Origin: a virus
Lineage: Duplodnaviria > Caudoviricetes
Virus record (IMG/VR): IMGVR_UViG_2731957577_000001
Coordinates: 32,001-96,000 of that record
DNA length: 64,000 bases
Direction: 5' to 3' (one strand)
Shown: positions 30,894 to 40,652 of the stretch, piece by piece
Position numbering within the stretch: position 1 is the first letter of the stretch
Layout of the letters: each line of letters begins with the position of its first letter
Notes under the pieces: generated by a model
Databases searched by the model: none
Told to the model about the DNA's origin: nothing
What the model saw: the letters and a program-made list of their open reading frames with translations, nothing else
Made by a program: the position numbers and the translations under genes

Positions 30894-31568
30894 ATGAATC
30901 GAGAAGAGCTTGCCCAGTATTTCGTCTATGAACTTGTTCAGCCCAGTGGCAATGCAGAACGGCGGGTATCCACCGCGATACTCGCCCTCGAACGTCTTGA
31001 AGAACTGGGATGGACGCTGGAAGAGATCAAGCAAGAACTCGACACCTTTGCCAAGTCGTACCCGCAGATCATTCGGAATGTGTATCATCTCGAAGAGATC
31101 TTTGGCCAGAAAGAACCTCCGGGAAACCTCATGGAGCCGGATGTGTTCTATTATCACAACGAATTACGCGAAGTGCCGCCACCAACTCGGATCGTCAAAG
31201 ATCCCGTGACCGGACAGTTCATCCGAACAGATTCCGAGTTCTATCTAGAGATGAAGCGCCGATTCACCATGAATGATCTTTTAGCGTACTGGTATCGATC
31301 CAATGGCACAGTAGACCCCAAAGAACACACGCGGCGGCAAGACGAAGCGCGCTTTCGGTATCTGCTTGGGATCTACAACCTGGATGAGATCTTGTTTGCC
31401 ATTGATTGCGCCAAGTCCCTTCGAGAAGAACGGCAACAGTCACCGCTTCGGAATGTCTTTGAGCTGGAGCGGTACATCGAGGATGCGAGGCAAATGTTGT
31501 TGGAGAAGATCAACGTCCACAAGCTGGCCGGCATCAATCAGATCATCCCAAAGAAGGTTCAAGCATGA
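30894..31568 (+). CDS. Hypothetical protein in replication operon
   Basis: ORF coupled to the primase gene by ATGA overlap. Confidence 0.7.
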   Translation: MNREELAQYFVYELVQPSGNAERRVSTAILALERLEELGWTLEEIKQELDTFAKSYPQIIRNVYHLEEIFGQKEPPGNLMEPDVFYYHNELREVPPPTRIVKDPVTGQFIRTDSEFYLEMKRRFTMNDLLAYWYRSNGTVDPKEHTRRQDEARFRYLLGIYNLDEILFAIDCAKSLREERQQSPLRNVFELERYIEDARQMLLEKINVHKLAGINQIIPKKVQA

Positions 31569-32629
31569 ACACGTTCCCAGACGTATGGGTTGAATGTGGG
31601 GCGGACCTAGACAATCCCAAGTTTCCGTTCACGCGAAAACATTATTATCCAGCCGGCCAGACGGATGAATTTCGCCAGCAATACGGAAACTGCGGCGTCT
31701 ATGAGACCGTGATGAAGTACGTTTCACCGGTATGGGTTCAAGACTCCAAGGGCCGGATGATCATCAATACGCGCGAGTCCCTGAAGTACGGTGACTTCTA
31801 TATGGACTTTGACACCAAACTCGAAAGCGATGAGGATTTCGAGAAGGTACGCGCGGATGTCAAAAGTGCGCTCCGGTATCTGAAGGTCATCCTGTCCATT
31901 GATCCCAGCCAGGTGTCTTTGTACTTCTCCGGCCATAAGGGGATTCATCTGACGGTGGACGCGCGCGTTTTGGGGATTCAGCCCCACTTGGCGCTCAACC
32001 AGATTTACAAGGAGATTGCCTCAGACATCGCGCAGTATTGCAAGAACAATACCTTGGATCTCAAAGTCTATGACGACAAGCGGATGTTCCGCATGGTCAA
32101 CTCTTTACACAAGAAGAGCGGGCGCTATAAGGTGCCGATTTCCCATGCCGAATTCGAGCGCTTGAGCCTCTCGCAAATTCGGGATTTGGCGATACAACCG
32201 AGATACGTGTTACCGCCGATGCCGCAAGTCAATCCAAGGGTCAAACATTCCATCCAGCGGGTCATCGACAAGTGGACACAGCGAATCAATCAACGCAAGG
32301 AATTTGAAGGTCGCTTTAAAAAGCTGGAGCAGCTCCCGGTTTGTATCCAAACGATGCTGAGTGAGAAGAACTTCCGGGAGACCGTGGATGAACGAAACAA
32401 CAGCGCCACAGCGCTCACGAGCTTCTTTATGCAACAGGGGATTGAACGCGAAGAAACCTTGGCACGGATGAAGCAGTGGAGCGAGGAACGCTGTCTGCCG
32501 CCGCTTCCAGCCCGCGACATCGAGATCATTGTCAACTCGGTCTACAACGGTGGATATCGCTACGGATGCGAGAGTTTCCGGCGTTTGAGTGGCGTATGTG
32601 ATCGAGACCACTGTCCTCTCTTTGCATGA
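31565..32629 (+). CDS. Archaeo-eukaryotic primase (AEP) with C-terminal PriCT/PriL-like Cys domain
   Basis: MDFD (motif I), FSGHKGIH (motif II), D...RMFRMVNS; C-terminal ERNNSATAL and LPVC...YGC...VC...HCP. Confidence 0.85.
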   Translation: MNTFPDVWVECGADLDNPKFPFTRKHYYPAGQTDEFRQQYGNCGVYETVMKYVSPVWVQDSKGRMIINTRESLKYGDFYMDFDTKLESDEDFEKVRADVKSALRYLKVILSIDPSQVSLYFSGHKGIHLTVDARVLGIQPHLALNQIYKEIASDIAQYCKNNTLDLKVYDDKRMFRMVNSLHKKSGRYKVPISHAEFERLSLSQIRDLAIQPRYVLPPMPQVNPRVKHSIQRVIDKWTQRINQRKEFEGRFKKLEQLPVCIQTMLSEKNFRETVDERNNSATALTSFFMQQGIEREETLARMKQWSEERCLPPLPARDIEIIVNSVYNGGYRYGCESFRRLSGVCDRDHCPLFA

Positions 32630-32651
32630 GGAGAAAGGAGCCGACGAGTGC

Positions 32652-32939
32652 ATGTCATGGTTGTCTAAGATACTTTCGGCATTCCGTGGACCATCCAGTG
32701 AACCATCCAGGAGCCTTGTGATGGATGAAAAGCTGATTGAAGAGATTCGCAGCACTCCACCTCCGCCAATCAGGAGCGTGCCAATTGAGTTTTTTCAACG
32801 AGAGATCCGAATCGGCAATGACCGGTTTATCGCGCCCAAAGACGGTCAGGTTGTCGTGACATACGAAAACGGAGAAGTGCGCTCCGTTGAAACACGTGTA
32901 CGGGAGGTAGTATACAGATGGCCGTTAGTGAGAAGCTGA
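32652..32939 (+). CDS. Hypothetical protein
   Basis: AAGGAG RBS upstream; fills gap between primase and ferritin. Confidence 0.55.
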   Translation: MSWLSKILSAFRGPSSEPSRSLVMDEKLIEEIRSTPPPPIRSVPIEFFQREIRIGNDRFIAPKDGQVVVTYENGEVRSVETRVREVVYRWPLVRS

Positions 32940-33487
32940 TGGGCGAACTCATTCGCCAGATGAACGAGGAGTTTATGAACGAGAAGATCTATTTGGCGAT
33001 GTCCTGTTATGCAGCCAGCCAGCACCTTGAGGGCTTTACGAAGATGTTCATCTATCAAGCCAAGGAAGAACATAAGCACGCCATGCGCTTTTTCCACTAC
33101 ATCGTCATGCAAGGCGGACGGCCGCGGATCTACCCGACCGATGAGCCACAGAACTTCTTTGATAGCATCACCGATTGTCTCCGGACTGCTGTCACACATG
33201 AACAGCAGACCACCGAGCGCATTTATCATCTGACACAGCTTGCCGAAGAAGAAAAGGAGTATTCCACGCAGGAATTCTTATCCTGGTTCCATCGGGAACA
33301 AGTTGAAGAGGTACACACCTTCTCGGATCTGTTGGCCCAAGCCGCGGCATTGGATAGTGATCCCGCCACACTGATGGCGTGGGATCACCGGATCTTCCGT
33401 CAGTATGAAGATGAGCAGCGATTCGCTGATGACGATTTCATGGGATTCAAGGATTATGAGGGAAAACCGAAGAAACATCGAGATTAA
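32918..33487 (+). CDS. ftnA: Non-heme ferritin
   Basis: QMNEE...YLAMS...LEGF...QAKEEHKHAMRF...GGR...HEQ...FLSWF..EQVEE ferroxidase pattern. Confidence 0.88.
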   Translation: MAVSEKLMGELIRQMNEEFMNEKIYLAMSCYAASQHLEGFTKMFIYQAKEEHKHAMRFFHYIVMQGGRPRIYPTDEPQNFFDSITDCLRTAVTHEQQTTERIYHLTQLAEEEKEYSTQEFLSWFHREQVEEVHTFSDLLAQAAALDSDPATLMAWDHRIFRQYEDEQRFADDDFMGFKDYEGKPKKHRD

Positions 33488-33505
33488 GAAAAACGGATCT
33501 TATTA

Positions 33506-33534
33506 TTGAAGTGTATTACAACATCGTTTATACT
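33506..33534 (+). promoter_or_regulatory. SigA promoter of helicase operon with operator over the -35/spacer
   Basis: TTGAAG-17-TATACT; TGAAGTGTATTACA at 33507-33520. Confidence 0.65.
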
Positions 33535-33648
33535 CAGGGTGCGAGTGCGTTCCTCCTTTTTGTCGTGGCACGAGGGAATGCCGTCTCCCTTGTGCAAGAA
33601 TCGCTCAAGGCAGCGGCGCTTGCAGAATGGAGACAAGAGGTGAATTCA

Positions 33649-34755
33649 GTGGAAGGCCTCAGCTTTGAAGAAGCCTTGCGGCAAGTACAATGGATGGAGC
33701 AACCCGCTCAACCCCAGGTGCAACAAGAGCCGTTCTCGACGGATGATATAAATCCTCATCGTTTGCGCGTAACCAATCCGGATGGGCTGCTCGGCCGGCC
33801 GCTGAATAAGATTGAGGCCATGATGCTTCAGAACATCGAAGCGGTGGATGAATACGCGTGGTCGCGCGGATCCCGAGGCGGTCTGGATACCGGATGGGAG
33901 CTGTTCAATGACGCCATCGAAGGCGGCTTACAGCCCGGTCTGATTCTCTTTGCCGCGGCACCGAACGTCGGGAAATCGGCCATGATGTTGCAGATTGCAA
34001 AGACAGTCTCAGAGCGAAACGAAAACGTCTATGTATCCTATCACTCACTGGACGACAGTAACAACGAGCTGCTTCCGCGCTACATCGCCTGCGACCAACA
34101 GATCAAGATCGCACAGGCCAAGATGCCTGAAAAGTTCTCGGATCAACCGGAGATCATTGAGAAACGCAACGAAGGGCTTCGGAATCTGTACCGAAACATC
34201 TACCGCTTTGGCATGTATGACTCCGAGAATCTAGGCACCAGTGTGGAAGCGATTGAACAACACATCAAGGACATCCTGATGGAGTTGCCAGAAGGCGTCA
34301 AACTCGTCATCTGCATCGACAGTTTCAATGACCTGACCGTGGAGTCACAGAAGTTTAGCAACAACGATGCGCGCAACGAGTATGTCGCCAAGATGCTCAA
34401 AAGCTGGACGGTTCGATACAACGCCGTCGTCATGTGTACGGCACACCTTCGGAAGACCAATGGCAAACGGCCAACGGTCGACGATCTCAAAGACACGATT
34501 CGACTTCAATACGAAGCCAACCTGATTCTCCTTTTGTACAACGAGGTCGGCATCAAAGAAGAGAATGCCGCGGTGTACTGGATGGATGAAGAAGAAGAGA
34601 CGAAGATGCCCGTCATCGAGTGCAAATTTGCGAAGAACAAGTTCAGTTCCTTTAAGGGAACGCGATTCTATGAGTTCTTCCCAGACTTCTCGTTCATGAT
34701 TGAAGCGCCCATCGAGGCGTGCCGAAGATACGCTTCGCTGATTTATCAAGGCTAG
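33649..34755 (+). CDS. dnaB: DnaB-family (SF4) replicative helicase
   Basis: GLDTGW, Walker A AAAPNVGKS, ICIDS, AHLRK, RPTVDDLKDTIRLQYEAN, AKNK; GAGGTGA RBS then GTG 33649 (track start 33511 lies inside the promoter). Confidence 0.9.
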   Translation: MEGLSFEEALRQVQWMEQPAQPQVQQEPFSTDDINPHRLRVTNPDGLLGRPLNKIEAMMLQNIEAVDEYAWSRGSRGGLDTGWELFNDAIEGGLQPGLILFAAAPNVGKSAMMLQIAKTVSERNENVYVSYHSLDDSNNELLPRYIACDQQIKIAQAKMPEKFSDQPEIIEKRNEGLRNLYRNIYRFGMYDSENLGTSVEAIEQHIKDILMELPEGVKLVICIDSFNDLTVESQKFSNNDARNEYVAKMLKSWTVRYNAVVMCTAHLRKTNGKRPTVDDLKDTIRLQYEANLILLLYNEVGIKEENAAVYWMDEEEETKMPVIECKFAKNKFSSFKGTRFYEFFPDFSFMIEAPIEACRRYASLIYQG

Positions 34756-34766
34756 GAGGTGGTTTC

Positions 34767-35033
34767 ATGGAACTGCTAGACACCAAGAGTGCGCGGGTGG
34801 GATACATCCTTCAGACCTTTCCAGACGCGCGCAACAATGACAATCTGCTCTGCAAGCTCTATTGGGAACTCTTTGATGGCGCGACCGATTTGAATGACAT
34901 CATCTATGCGACGAAAGCCGAGGTCATTCGGCGCGCCCGACAGCTCTGGAATGCAAAAGGCATGTACATGCCCACCGACCAGAGAATCATCAACCGCCGG
35001 CTACGCGTCAAGCGGAGTCAGAAGACTACATAA
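34767..35033 (+). CDS. Hypothetical protein (basic, possible DNA binding)
   Basis: AGGAGGTG RBS, ATG 34767. Confidence 0.7.
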   Translation: MELLDTKSARVGYILQTFPDARNNDNLLCKLYWELFDGATDLNDIIYATKAEVIRRARQLWNAKGMYMPTDQRIINRRLRVKRSQKTT

Positions 35034-35045
35034 AGGAGGTTGACT

Positions 35046-35588
35046 ATGAGCGAGATGGTACATGTTGAATCCTCAGACAGCGCATTCGCCACGTTCCTAC
35101 AGGAGTATGTGCAGAGCAATATGACACAGCGAGTGCGCCTGGAAACCACGATTGAAGAGTACCAATCCCTTCGAGATTACGTGGCCGAGCGCATTGACGA
35201 TCAAATCAACCTGATTGAGCAGTGGCAAGAACAACTCAACACAGGGACAGGAATTGCCACGCCCGACATGCTCAACGTGGCCCAAGGTCGTCTCCAGCAA
35301 GACCGTGACTTGCAGGATGAGATCGACCGGATTCTTAACGATCTGAATGCCCACAAACATGAACTCAGCGATCGTGTCCACACCTATCTGATGGACCTAT
35401 CCAAGATTGAGATTCATAGTGGGGGATTCGTCGCACACATCTTTGGCTACAACCGGGATGTACAGTGGGATCCAGACAATTCGTCTTTGACGTTCACAGC
35501 CGCGGGAGCGCGCGCGGAAACCGCGGTTTCCGTCCCGCTGTCGAACTGGAGAGACTCCTCGAAGTTCACCATCATTCTCAAGAGTTAG
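35046..35588 (+). CDS. Hypothetical coiled-coil protein
   Basis: AAGGAGG RBS; uninterrupted ORF. Confidence 0.7.
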   Translation: MSEMVHVESSDSAFATFLQEYVQSNMTQRVRLETTIEEYQSLRDYVAERIDDQINLIEQWQEQLNTGTGIATPDMLNVAQGRLQQDRDLQDEIDRILNDLNAHKHELSDRVHTYLMDLSKIEIHSGGFVAHIFGYNRDVQWDPDNSSLTFTAAGARAETAVSVPLSNWRDSSKFTIILKS

Positions 35589-35601
35589 GAGGCCGCCACG
35601 G

Positions 35602-36600
35602 TTGATCTTTTCCTACTACTTGGACGTCGATAAGACCCATTTGATCAATATGAAGTTCAACGTCAAGCAGATCCTGGTCCAGAATTCCATGCTTCAAGTC
35701 ACGTTTGACGCAGTGGTCGAGGAAGTTCTGGATGGAACCGTGCTTCACTCGGAATCTCAAAGCGGTGCATTCACGCTCTCTTCCAGCCGCGTGGATGATC
35801 CCACATCTTCGGATGGATACGACATCAACTTCATCCGCACCCGATATGCGGATCAAAACAAGTGGATCTTTGAAATCCAGAACAACAGCCAACCCGATCA
35901 GGTTGTCCTCGTGGGGCTTTACAGCACAACGGCAACCGGAAACCCGCTGGGCGAGGACATCATTCAGGATGATGACTCCTACAACTTTATCCTGAAGGGC
36001 AACAACATCGGCCAACTCGAAGAAACGTATGTGCCGCCGGTGCTCACGCAGAATGTGGTCAACACGGACTTCTCACAGCTCGTGTTGCCGTACGGATTTA
36101 CCACGGTATCCGGCATATATGACTCTGCAGTGGGTAGGTTCTTGCTCAGTGACTTTTCGCATACGTTCCCGAACTCGATTGATCCGGATACAGCCTTTAC
36201 CCTGACGGCGAATCTCGCGCCGATGCAAACCGATTCCGTCAGTGACGAGATCTTTCATGTCACACTTCACGGCATTGGTCAGGTGACGTTGTACAAGACG
36301 TACTTGGCATACCTGCGGGAAGGTGACGACCCGAGCAACACGATAACGATCTTTTTCGGGGCATCGGCCGATCCAACTTGGTTCCTATCGCCTCCACCGT
36401 ACTTTACCGACAAATCAAAGTTCAGTGTCCAAGCGGACGGAGCCGGAGGCGTAACCGTCAAATACGCCGGAGTATCTTTGATTGGAAGTTATGACCCATC
36501 CAATCCATTTGCAGGCGTGGACCTGCAAGCCGCAGCGAGAGCAGACAAAAGTCTGGTGGTCTGCGCCTTTGACAACTACACCATTGAATTCTTCAAGTAA
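35602..36600 (+). CDS. Hypothetical beta-rich acidic protein
   Basis: AGGAGG RBS then TTG; 332 aa. Confidence 0.7.
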   Translation: MIFSYYLDVDKTHLINMKFNVKQILVQNSMLQVTFDAVVEEVLDGTVLHSESQSGAFTLSSSRVDDPTSSDGYDINFIRTRYADQNKWIFEIQNNSQPDQVVLVGLYSTTATGNPLGEDIIQDDDSYNFILKGNNIGQLEETYVPPVLTQNVVNTDFSQLVLPYGFTTVSGIYDSAVGRFLLSDFSHTFPNSIDPDTAFTLTANLAPMQTDSVSDEIFHVTLHGIGQVTLYKTYLAYLREGDDPSNTITIFFGASADPTWFLSPPPYFTDKSKFSVQADGAGGVTVKYAGVSLIGSYDPSNPFAGVDLQAAARADKSLVVCAFDNYTIEFFK

Positions 36601-36612
36601 GGAGCGAGATTC

Positions 36613-36945
36613 ATGCTGATTGGCTACACCAAGACCGTTGCCGAACTCCGGACACACATCAACAACCGAATCAATGACATCAAGATGCAGATCAACGAGA
36701 TGGAAAAGGAATTGCGGGATCTGGAGGCGGATATCCGATACAATCCACCCGAACGTGGGGTGCCGGATGACCGACTGAAGGACCGTATTCGTTTGAGCAC
36801 CGAGATTGACGATCTGCAAAATGATCTCGCCTGGCTTCAGGCCAAACTCGAAGAGGCCGAGAACTCCCAGGATCAAAACCAGTCGGTGTACCTGTCTCTG
36901 AATGACTGCATCCGGCTAGGGGTTACGGAAGACGAGGAGGCATAA
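36613..36945 (+). CDS. Hypothetical coiled-coil protein
   Basis: AAGGAG RBS; heptad pattern. Confidence 0.7.
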   Translation: MLIGYTKTVAELRTHINNRINDIKMQINEMEKELRDLEADIRYNPPERGVPDDRLKDRIRLSTEIDDLQNDLAWLQAKLEEAENSQDQNQSVYLSLNDCIRLGVTEDEEA

Positions 36946-36947
36946 GC

Positions 36948-37286
36948 ATGACAGAAGCCGAGCGCAGAGAACTGGTGGAGCGATACAAACAAGAACGAAT
37001 CCGGCAGGTCAACCTGACCGCCCCTAAGAGCGCCATCTATGGCAAGGAAGACATGCTGAATCTGCCGCGGCATCGCGTCTTGCATAAGTGTCACAACTTC
37101 GAGGAATGTCCGCTGTGCTACAAGTGCCGGGCCTACGACCCGAAATACGAATCCTGCCGGCGCTGTGTGCTGGCGAAAGAAGGTCTTTTGTGCGACACCT
37201 CCTATCATCGGACTGACATCATCAATCGCATGATCACCCGAGAAAGGATTGATCTGGATGCCAAAGAGCAACAGAGGGCCGTTTAA
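36948..37286 (+). CDS. Cys-rich putative zinc-binding protein
   Basis: HKC...CPLCYKC...CRRC...CD...H. Confidence 0.7.
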   Translation: MTEAERRELVERYKQERIRQVNLTAPKSAIYGKEDMLNLPRHRVLHKCHNFEECPLCYKCRAYDPKYESCRRCVLAKEGLLCDTSYHRTDIINRMITRERIDLDAKEQQRAV

Positions 37287-37539
37287 CGGCATGACGTGGG
37301 ACCAGGTCGCCCTCATCATGGCGTCCCAAGCGGCTTCCCGGCCTGTCTATTGTCGGTACTGTGGAATGGATATCACACGTCCATCCAGCAAACAGCCCAG
37401 CGGACCGAATGGCGCGTGGCGTGCGCATCTGGATTGGGAGATTCAAAACGAGGCTCACCTGAGTTGCCACGAGAAGTACGTCATCGAGCAACGCAAGCAA
37501 GCCATGCAACAGTTCCATCGAGGAGGAGCTATGTCATGA
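37258..37539 (+). CDS. Putative zinc-finger protein
   Basis: CRYC...HLSC; ATGA coupling to next gene. Confidence 0.6.
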   Translation: MPKSNRGPFNGMTWDQVALIMASQAASRPVYCRYCGMDITRPSSKQPSGPNGAWRAHLDWEIQNEAHLSCHEKYVIEQRKQAMQQFHRGGAMS

Positions 37540-38024
37540 CAGACATGGAGAAGAAGTTGATGTTCCGCAGTGAAATTGAGAGCGTAGAAACCACGGAGAT
37601 TCGGGAATTCCTCATGGAGGCTATTGAGAAAGCACCCGACAGCTTCTTTGAAGATGAAGAACTGGTCTCCAAGGCCAAGAAAGCATTCCGTGTTGTCCAA
37701 CACCTGTTGGATGAGGAAAAGACCAAAGGCGGGGTACGGGATATCATTCTCGCCGGCACATTGCTCTGTGACACGCTCTACAACGAGATGCCCGAGCCGT
37801 TCAAGGCGTTGCATCCTTGTGCCCCACGCATTTACTTTGCCGATCTGAAACATGAAGTGCATCAGGCAATTTGGGATGGTATCTTCCAGATCATCGAGTC
37901 GCATGAACATGACGTCAACACATCGCCGTTGCTCGAAGCCAAAGCCGGCACGCCAGGGTACTTCGTATTCTTGGCGTACTCGTTCATGAAGCCTGACTTC
38001 GTAAATGTAACGATAGGCGAATAA
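37536..38024 (+). CDS. Degenerate HD-domain-like protein
   Basis: APDSFF...RDIILAGTLLCD...HP...IIESH resembles phage HD proteins with HD replaced by CD. Confidence 0.45.
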   Translation: MTDMEKKLMFRSEIESVETTEIREFLMEAIEKAPDSFFEDEELVSKAKKAFRVVQHLLDEEKTKGGVRDIILAGTLLCDTLYNEMPEPFKALHPCAPRIYFADLKHEVHQAIWDGIFQIIESHEHDVNTSPLLEAKAGTPGYFVFLAYSFMKPDFVNVTIGE

Positions 38025-38130
38025 TCGATATGCCGCCGGCCCCAATCCTAGGTTGGTTGGGGCTGTTCCATCTATCCAAGCGTTGCCCCATAGCGTCTTT
38101 CAAAAGTAAAATGCGAATACAACCGCTGTA

Positions 38131-38144
38131 TGTAGTGCATTACA
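38131..38144. promoter_or_regulatory. Operator upstream of RNR gene
   Basis: TGTAGTGCATTACA, the exact reverse complement of the 29760 site; adjacent half site TGCATTGCA. Confidence 0.7.
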
Positions 38145-38195
38145 TAATGTGCATTGCATCGAGGTGACTATATACGACGTGGAGGCAAAGGAGCA

Positions 38196-40400
38196 ATGAG
38201 TGTACAGCTACGTGGTTTCCATAGGAAACTCTTTCAGACTCGATATGCTCAAAAGAGCCTGGATAAAGAAAGGTACATTGTACCGGGCGCCGATGTTGTG
38301 ACGTTGATTCGGGATGGGAAGTACCCGGTGCGTGAGACCGCCACCGTTACCCGTGTAGACGGCGAGACCGTTCACATGATCCTCACCAGCGGCGATATGG
38401 TAGGCCAAGAATTCAGCCAGAACATCGCTCATGTGGATGCGCTGGTGGAAACAGAATGGGAGCATGCATCGGAGCGCGTTTCAACCGCTGTGGCCGGGGT
38501 AGAGAAACCCGAAGTCCGCAAGTCCCATCAGAAGAAGTTCCATCATGCCATATCAAACTTTTTATTGATCCCAGCCGGCCGCATCCTCTCTGGCGCCGGA
38601 GATGACTCCTTCGTCACTCTGTTCAACTGCTATGTGACGGCAATCAAGCCACCAAAAGGCCAAGAACGGTATGGTCGCGACAGCCGTCAAGCGATCTTTC
38701 ACACGATGGGCTTCATCACGGAAATCATGGCGCGCGGTGGCGGGAATGGAACCTGTCTATCGGTTCTGCGACCGAAGTATGCGACGTTGTCTCAAACCAA
38801 GGGCAAGTCAGCGGGCGCGGTGCATACCGGCAACATGATCAGCTCCCTCACAGACTGGGTGGAGCAAGCCAACCGTCGTGGGGCCCAGATGCTGACCTTG
38901 CACGACTGGCACCCCGATGTATTCTATACCGCCGATGAAAACGACTCTCTCTATAATGAGGACTTCATTGGTGCCAAGAATAAGCCAGGCTTCATGGAAG
39001 GCAACAATTCCTCCGTTTTGGTGTCCGATGCCTTTATGCATGCGGTCGAACATGATTTGAATTGGGATCTTGTATTTCCGGACACCACGCATCCCGCCTA
39101 CAACCTTGAGTGGGATGGAGACCTCAACAAATGGAAAGCCAAGGGCTATCCGGTCAAAGTCTATCGCACGATCCGCGCGCGAGACATGTGGAAGAAGATC
39201 ATCCACTGCAATTGGCGTTCCGCCGAACCCGGCATCATCTTCATTGACACTTGCAATCGGATGCACAATGGCTGGTACCTCGGCACGATTATGGCCACGA
39301 ACCCATGCGGCGAGCAGCCGATTCTCGATGGCTCGACCTGCAACTTGGGCGCCATCAACTGGGGTCGCATGATTAAGCCGGTTGGAGAAGACGAGCTGGG
39401 AACCATCTATGACGTCGATTGGGATCTGCTGAAAAAGACCGTATGGGCAGGTGTCCGGTTCCTGGATAACGTCATTGACGTCAGCTTTTATTGGGACAAG
39501 GACCTTGAGCGTTGGCAAAAGGGGGAACGCCGTGTCGGCCTTGGCGGCATGGGCATCGCAGACTTCCTCATTGCCATGCGGAAGCGGTATGGCTCCAAAG
39601 AAGGCAACGAACTCATCGAGAAGGTCATGCGGTTCATTCGTGACGAGGCATACCGTTGCTCGATTGAATTGGCCAAGGAGAAAGGGCCATTCCCGTTCTT
39701 TGATCGCGACAAGTATCTGGAGAGTGGCTTCGTCAAGACCCTCCCCGAAGACATCCAGCAAGCGATCTATGAGCATGGCATTCGCAATTTGACCTTGCTG
39801 ACCTTTGCGCCGACCGGTACGACTGGCAGTGTCACGCCGTCCCTGCTCGATCCCGAAGGATCCGTGTCCACGGGTTGCGAACCCCACTTCGCCATGAAAT
39901 ATCACCGGCTTTCGCGGGTGGGTTCGACCATTCAATATGCAGGTGTCGCAAAAACATGGATAGATGAACATCCAGGACAGGAGCTTCCAGAGTGGTTTGT
40001 GGGTGCAATGGATCTCACCCCGGAAGAACACGTGGGTGTCCAAGCCGCGCTCCAGAAGTACGTCGACAGCTCCATTTCTAAGACCGTCAACTGTCCGGCC
40101 GATTACACGGAAGAACAAGTGGCCGAGGTCTACATGCTGTTATACAAGTCCGGCTGCAAAGGCGGGACCATCTATCGGGACGGTTCCCGTTATGAACAGA
40201 TCCTCAGCCTCACGGATGAAGAGGAAGCACCGGAGACGGCGGAAGAAAAGGCCGGGGAGACCAATGAGATGCCGGCGGTTCAAGACAAATATGCCAATTG
40301 GGAGTGCGTCGGTTGCGGCAGCAAATCCTTCGTACTTGTTGAGAATTGCCCGCAATGCACGGAGTGTGGTCTACAAGTGTGTTCCATTGGAGGACATTGA
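38196..40400 (+). CDS. nrdJ: Class II (adenosylcobalamin-dependent) ribonucleotide reductase
   Basis: PAGRIL, LFNCYV, RRGAQM, NPCGEQP, CNLGAIN, APTGT, SISKTVN, YRDGSR; C-terminal CxxC..CxxCxxC; no adjacent beta subunit. Confidence 0.9.
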   Translation: MSVQLRGFHRKLFQTRYAQKSLDKERYIVPGADVVTLIRDGKYPVRETATVTRVDGETVHMILTSGDMVGQEFSQNIAHVDALVETEWEHASERVSTAVAGVEKPEVRKSHQKKFHHAISNFLLIPAGRILSGAGDDSFVTLFNCYVTAIKPPKGQERYGRDSRQAIFHTMGFITEIMARGGGNGTCLSVLRPKYATLSQTKGKSAGAVHTGNMISSLTDWVEQANRRGAQMLTLHDWHPDVFYTADENDSLYNEDFIGAKNKPGFMEGNNSSVLVSDAFMHAVEHDLNWDLVFPDTTHPAYNLEWDGDLNKWKAKGYPVKVYRTIRARDMWKKIIHCNWRSAEPGIIFIDTCNRMHNGWYLGTIMATNPCGEQPILDGSTCNLGAINWGRMIKPVGEDELGTIYDVDWDLLKKTVWAGVRFLDNVIDVSFYWDKDLERWQKGERRVGLGGMGIADFLIAMRKRYGSKEGNELIEKVMRFIRDEAYRCSIELAKEKGPFPFFDRDKYLESGFVKTLPEDIQQAIYEHGIRNLTLLTFAPTGTTGSVTPSLLDPEGSVSTGCEPHFAMKYHRLSRVGSTIQYAGVAKTWIDEHPGQELPEWFVGAMDLTPEEHVGVQAALQKYVDSSISKTVNCPADYTEEQVAEVYMLLYKSGCKGGTIYRDGSRYEQILSLTDEEEAPETAEEKAGETNEMPAVQDKYANWECVGCGSKSFVLVENCPQCTECGLQVCSIGGH

Positions 40401-40442
40401 GTTTCATTGGAGGTGTGGCGAGCACCTCCGGTCCAGGAGGTG

Positions 40443-40652
40443 ATGCTTGTGAAGGGACTCGGTCTACGAGATGGAATCCGCCTCCTTCTTATGTCCGTCC
40501 TCATTCTCGGCGTCATGCTTTATCTCTCTTGGACCGTCAGTTTGGCGTTTGGGCTCTTCGTCTTGGTCTTTGGTGTGGTTGAAATCGGCACCGAACTGTT
40601 TTGGATCTGGCTTGTGCAAGGAGGTGAGGAACATGGACATCCGACAAGCTGA
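40443..40652 (+). CDS. Small membrane protein (2 TM)
   Basis: AGGAGGTG RBS; two hydrophobic stretches. Confidence 0.65.
   Translation: MLVKGLGLRDGIRLLLMSVLILGVMLYLSWTVSLAFGLFVLVFGVVEIGTELFWIWLVQGGEEHGHPTS

Noticed and set aside
33511-33648. N-terminal extension of DnaB given in the ORF track
   Set aside because: Start lies within the promoter with no RBS; GTG 33649 has GAGGTGA
34767-34790. MELLDTKS start (and MELNEYQ at 52528) as extra MEL-tag members
   Set aside because: They lack the xxY-hydrophobic spacing; xxLNEYQ is the usual MazG-like N-terminus
38025-38195. Cobalamin riboswitch or NrdR box upstream of nrdJ
   Set aside because: No B12-box or convincing NrdR consensus seen; only a hairpin and the phage operator
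38808-40118. Long minus-strand ORFs opposite nrdJ (also opposite dnaE and the giant structural genes)
   Set aside because: Antisense shadows produced by codon bias; no RBS or recognisable motifs
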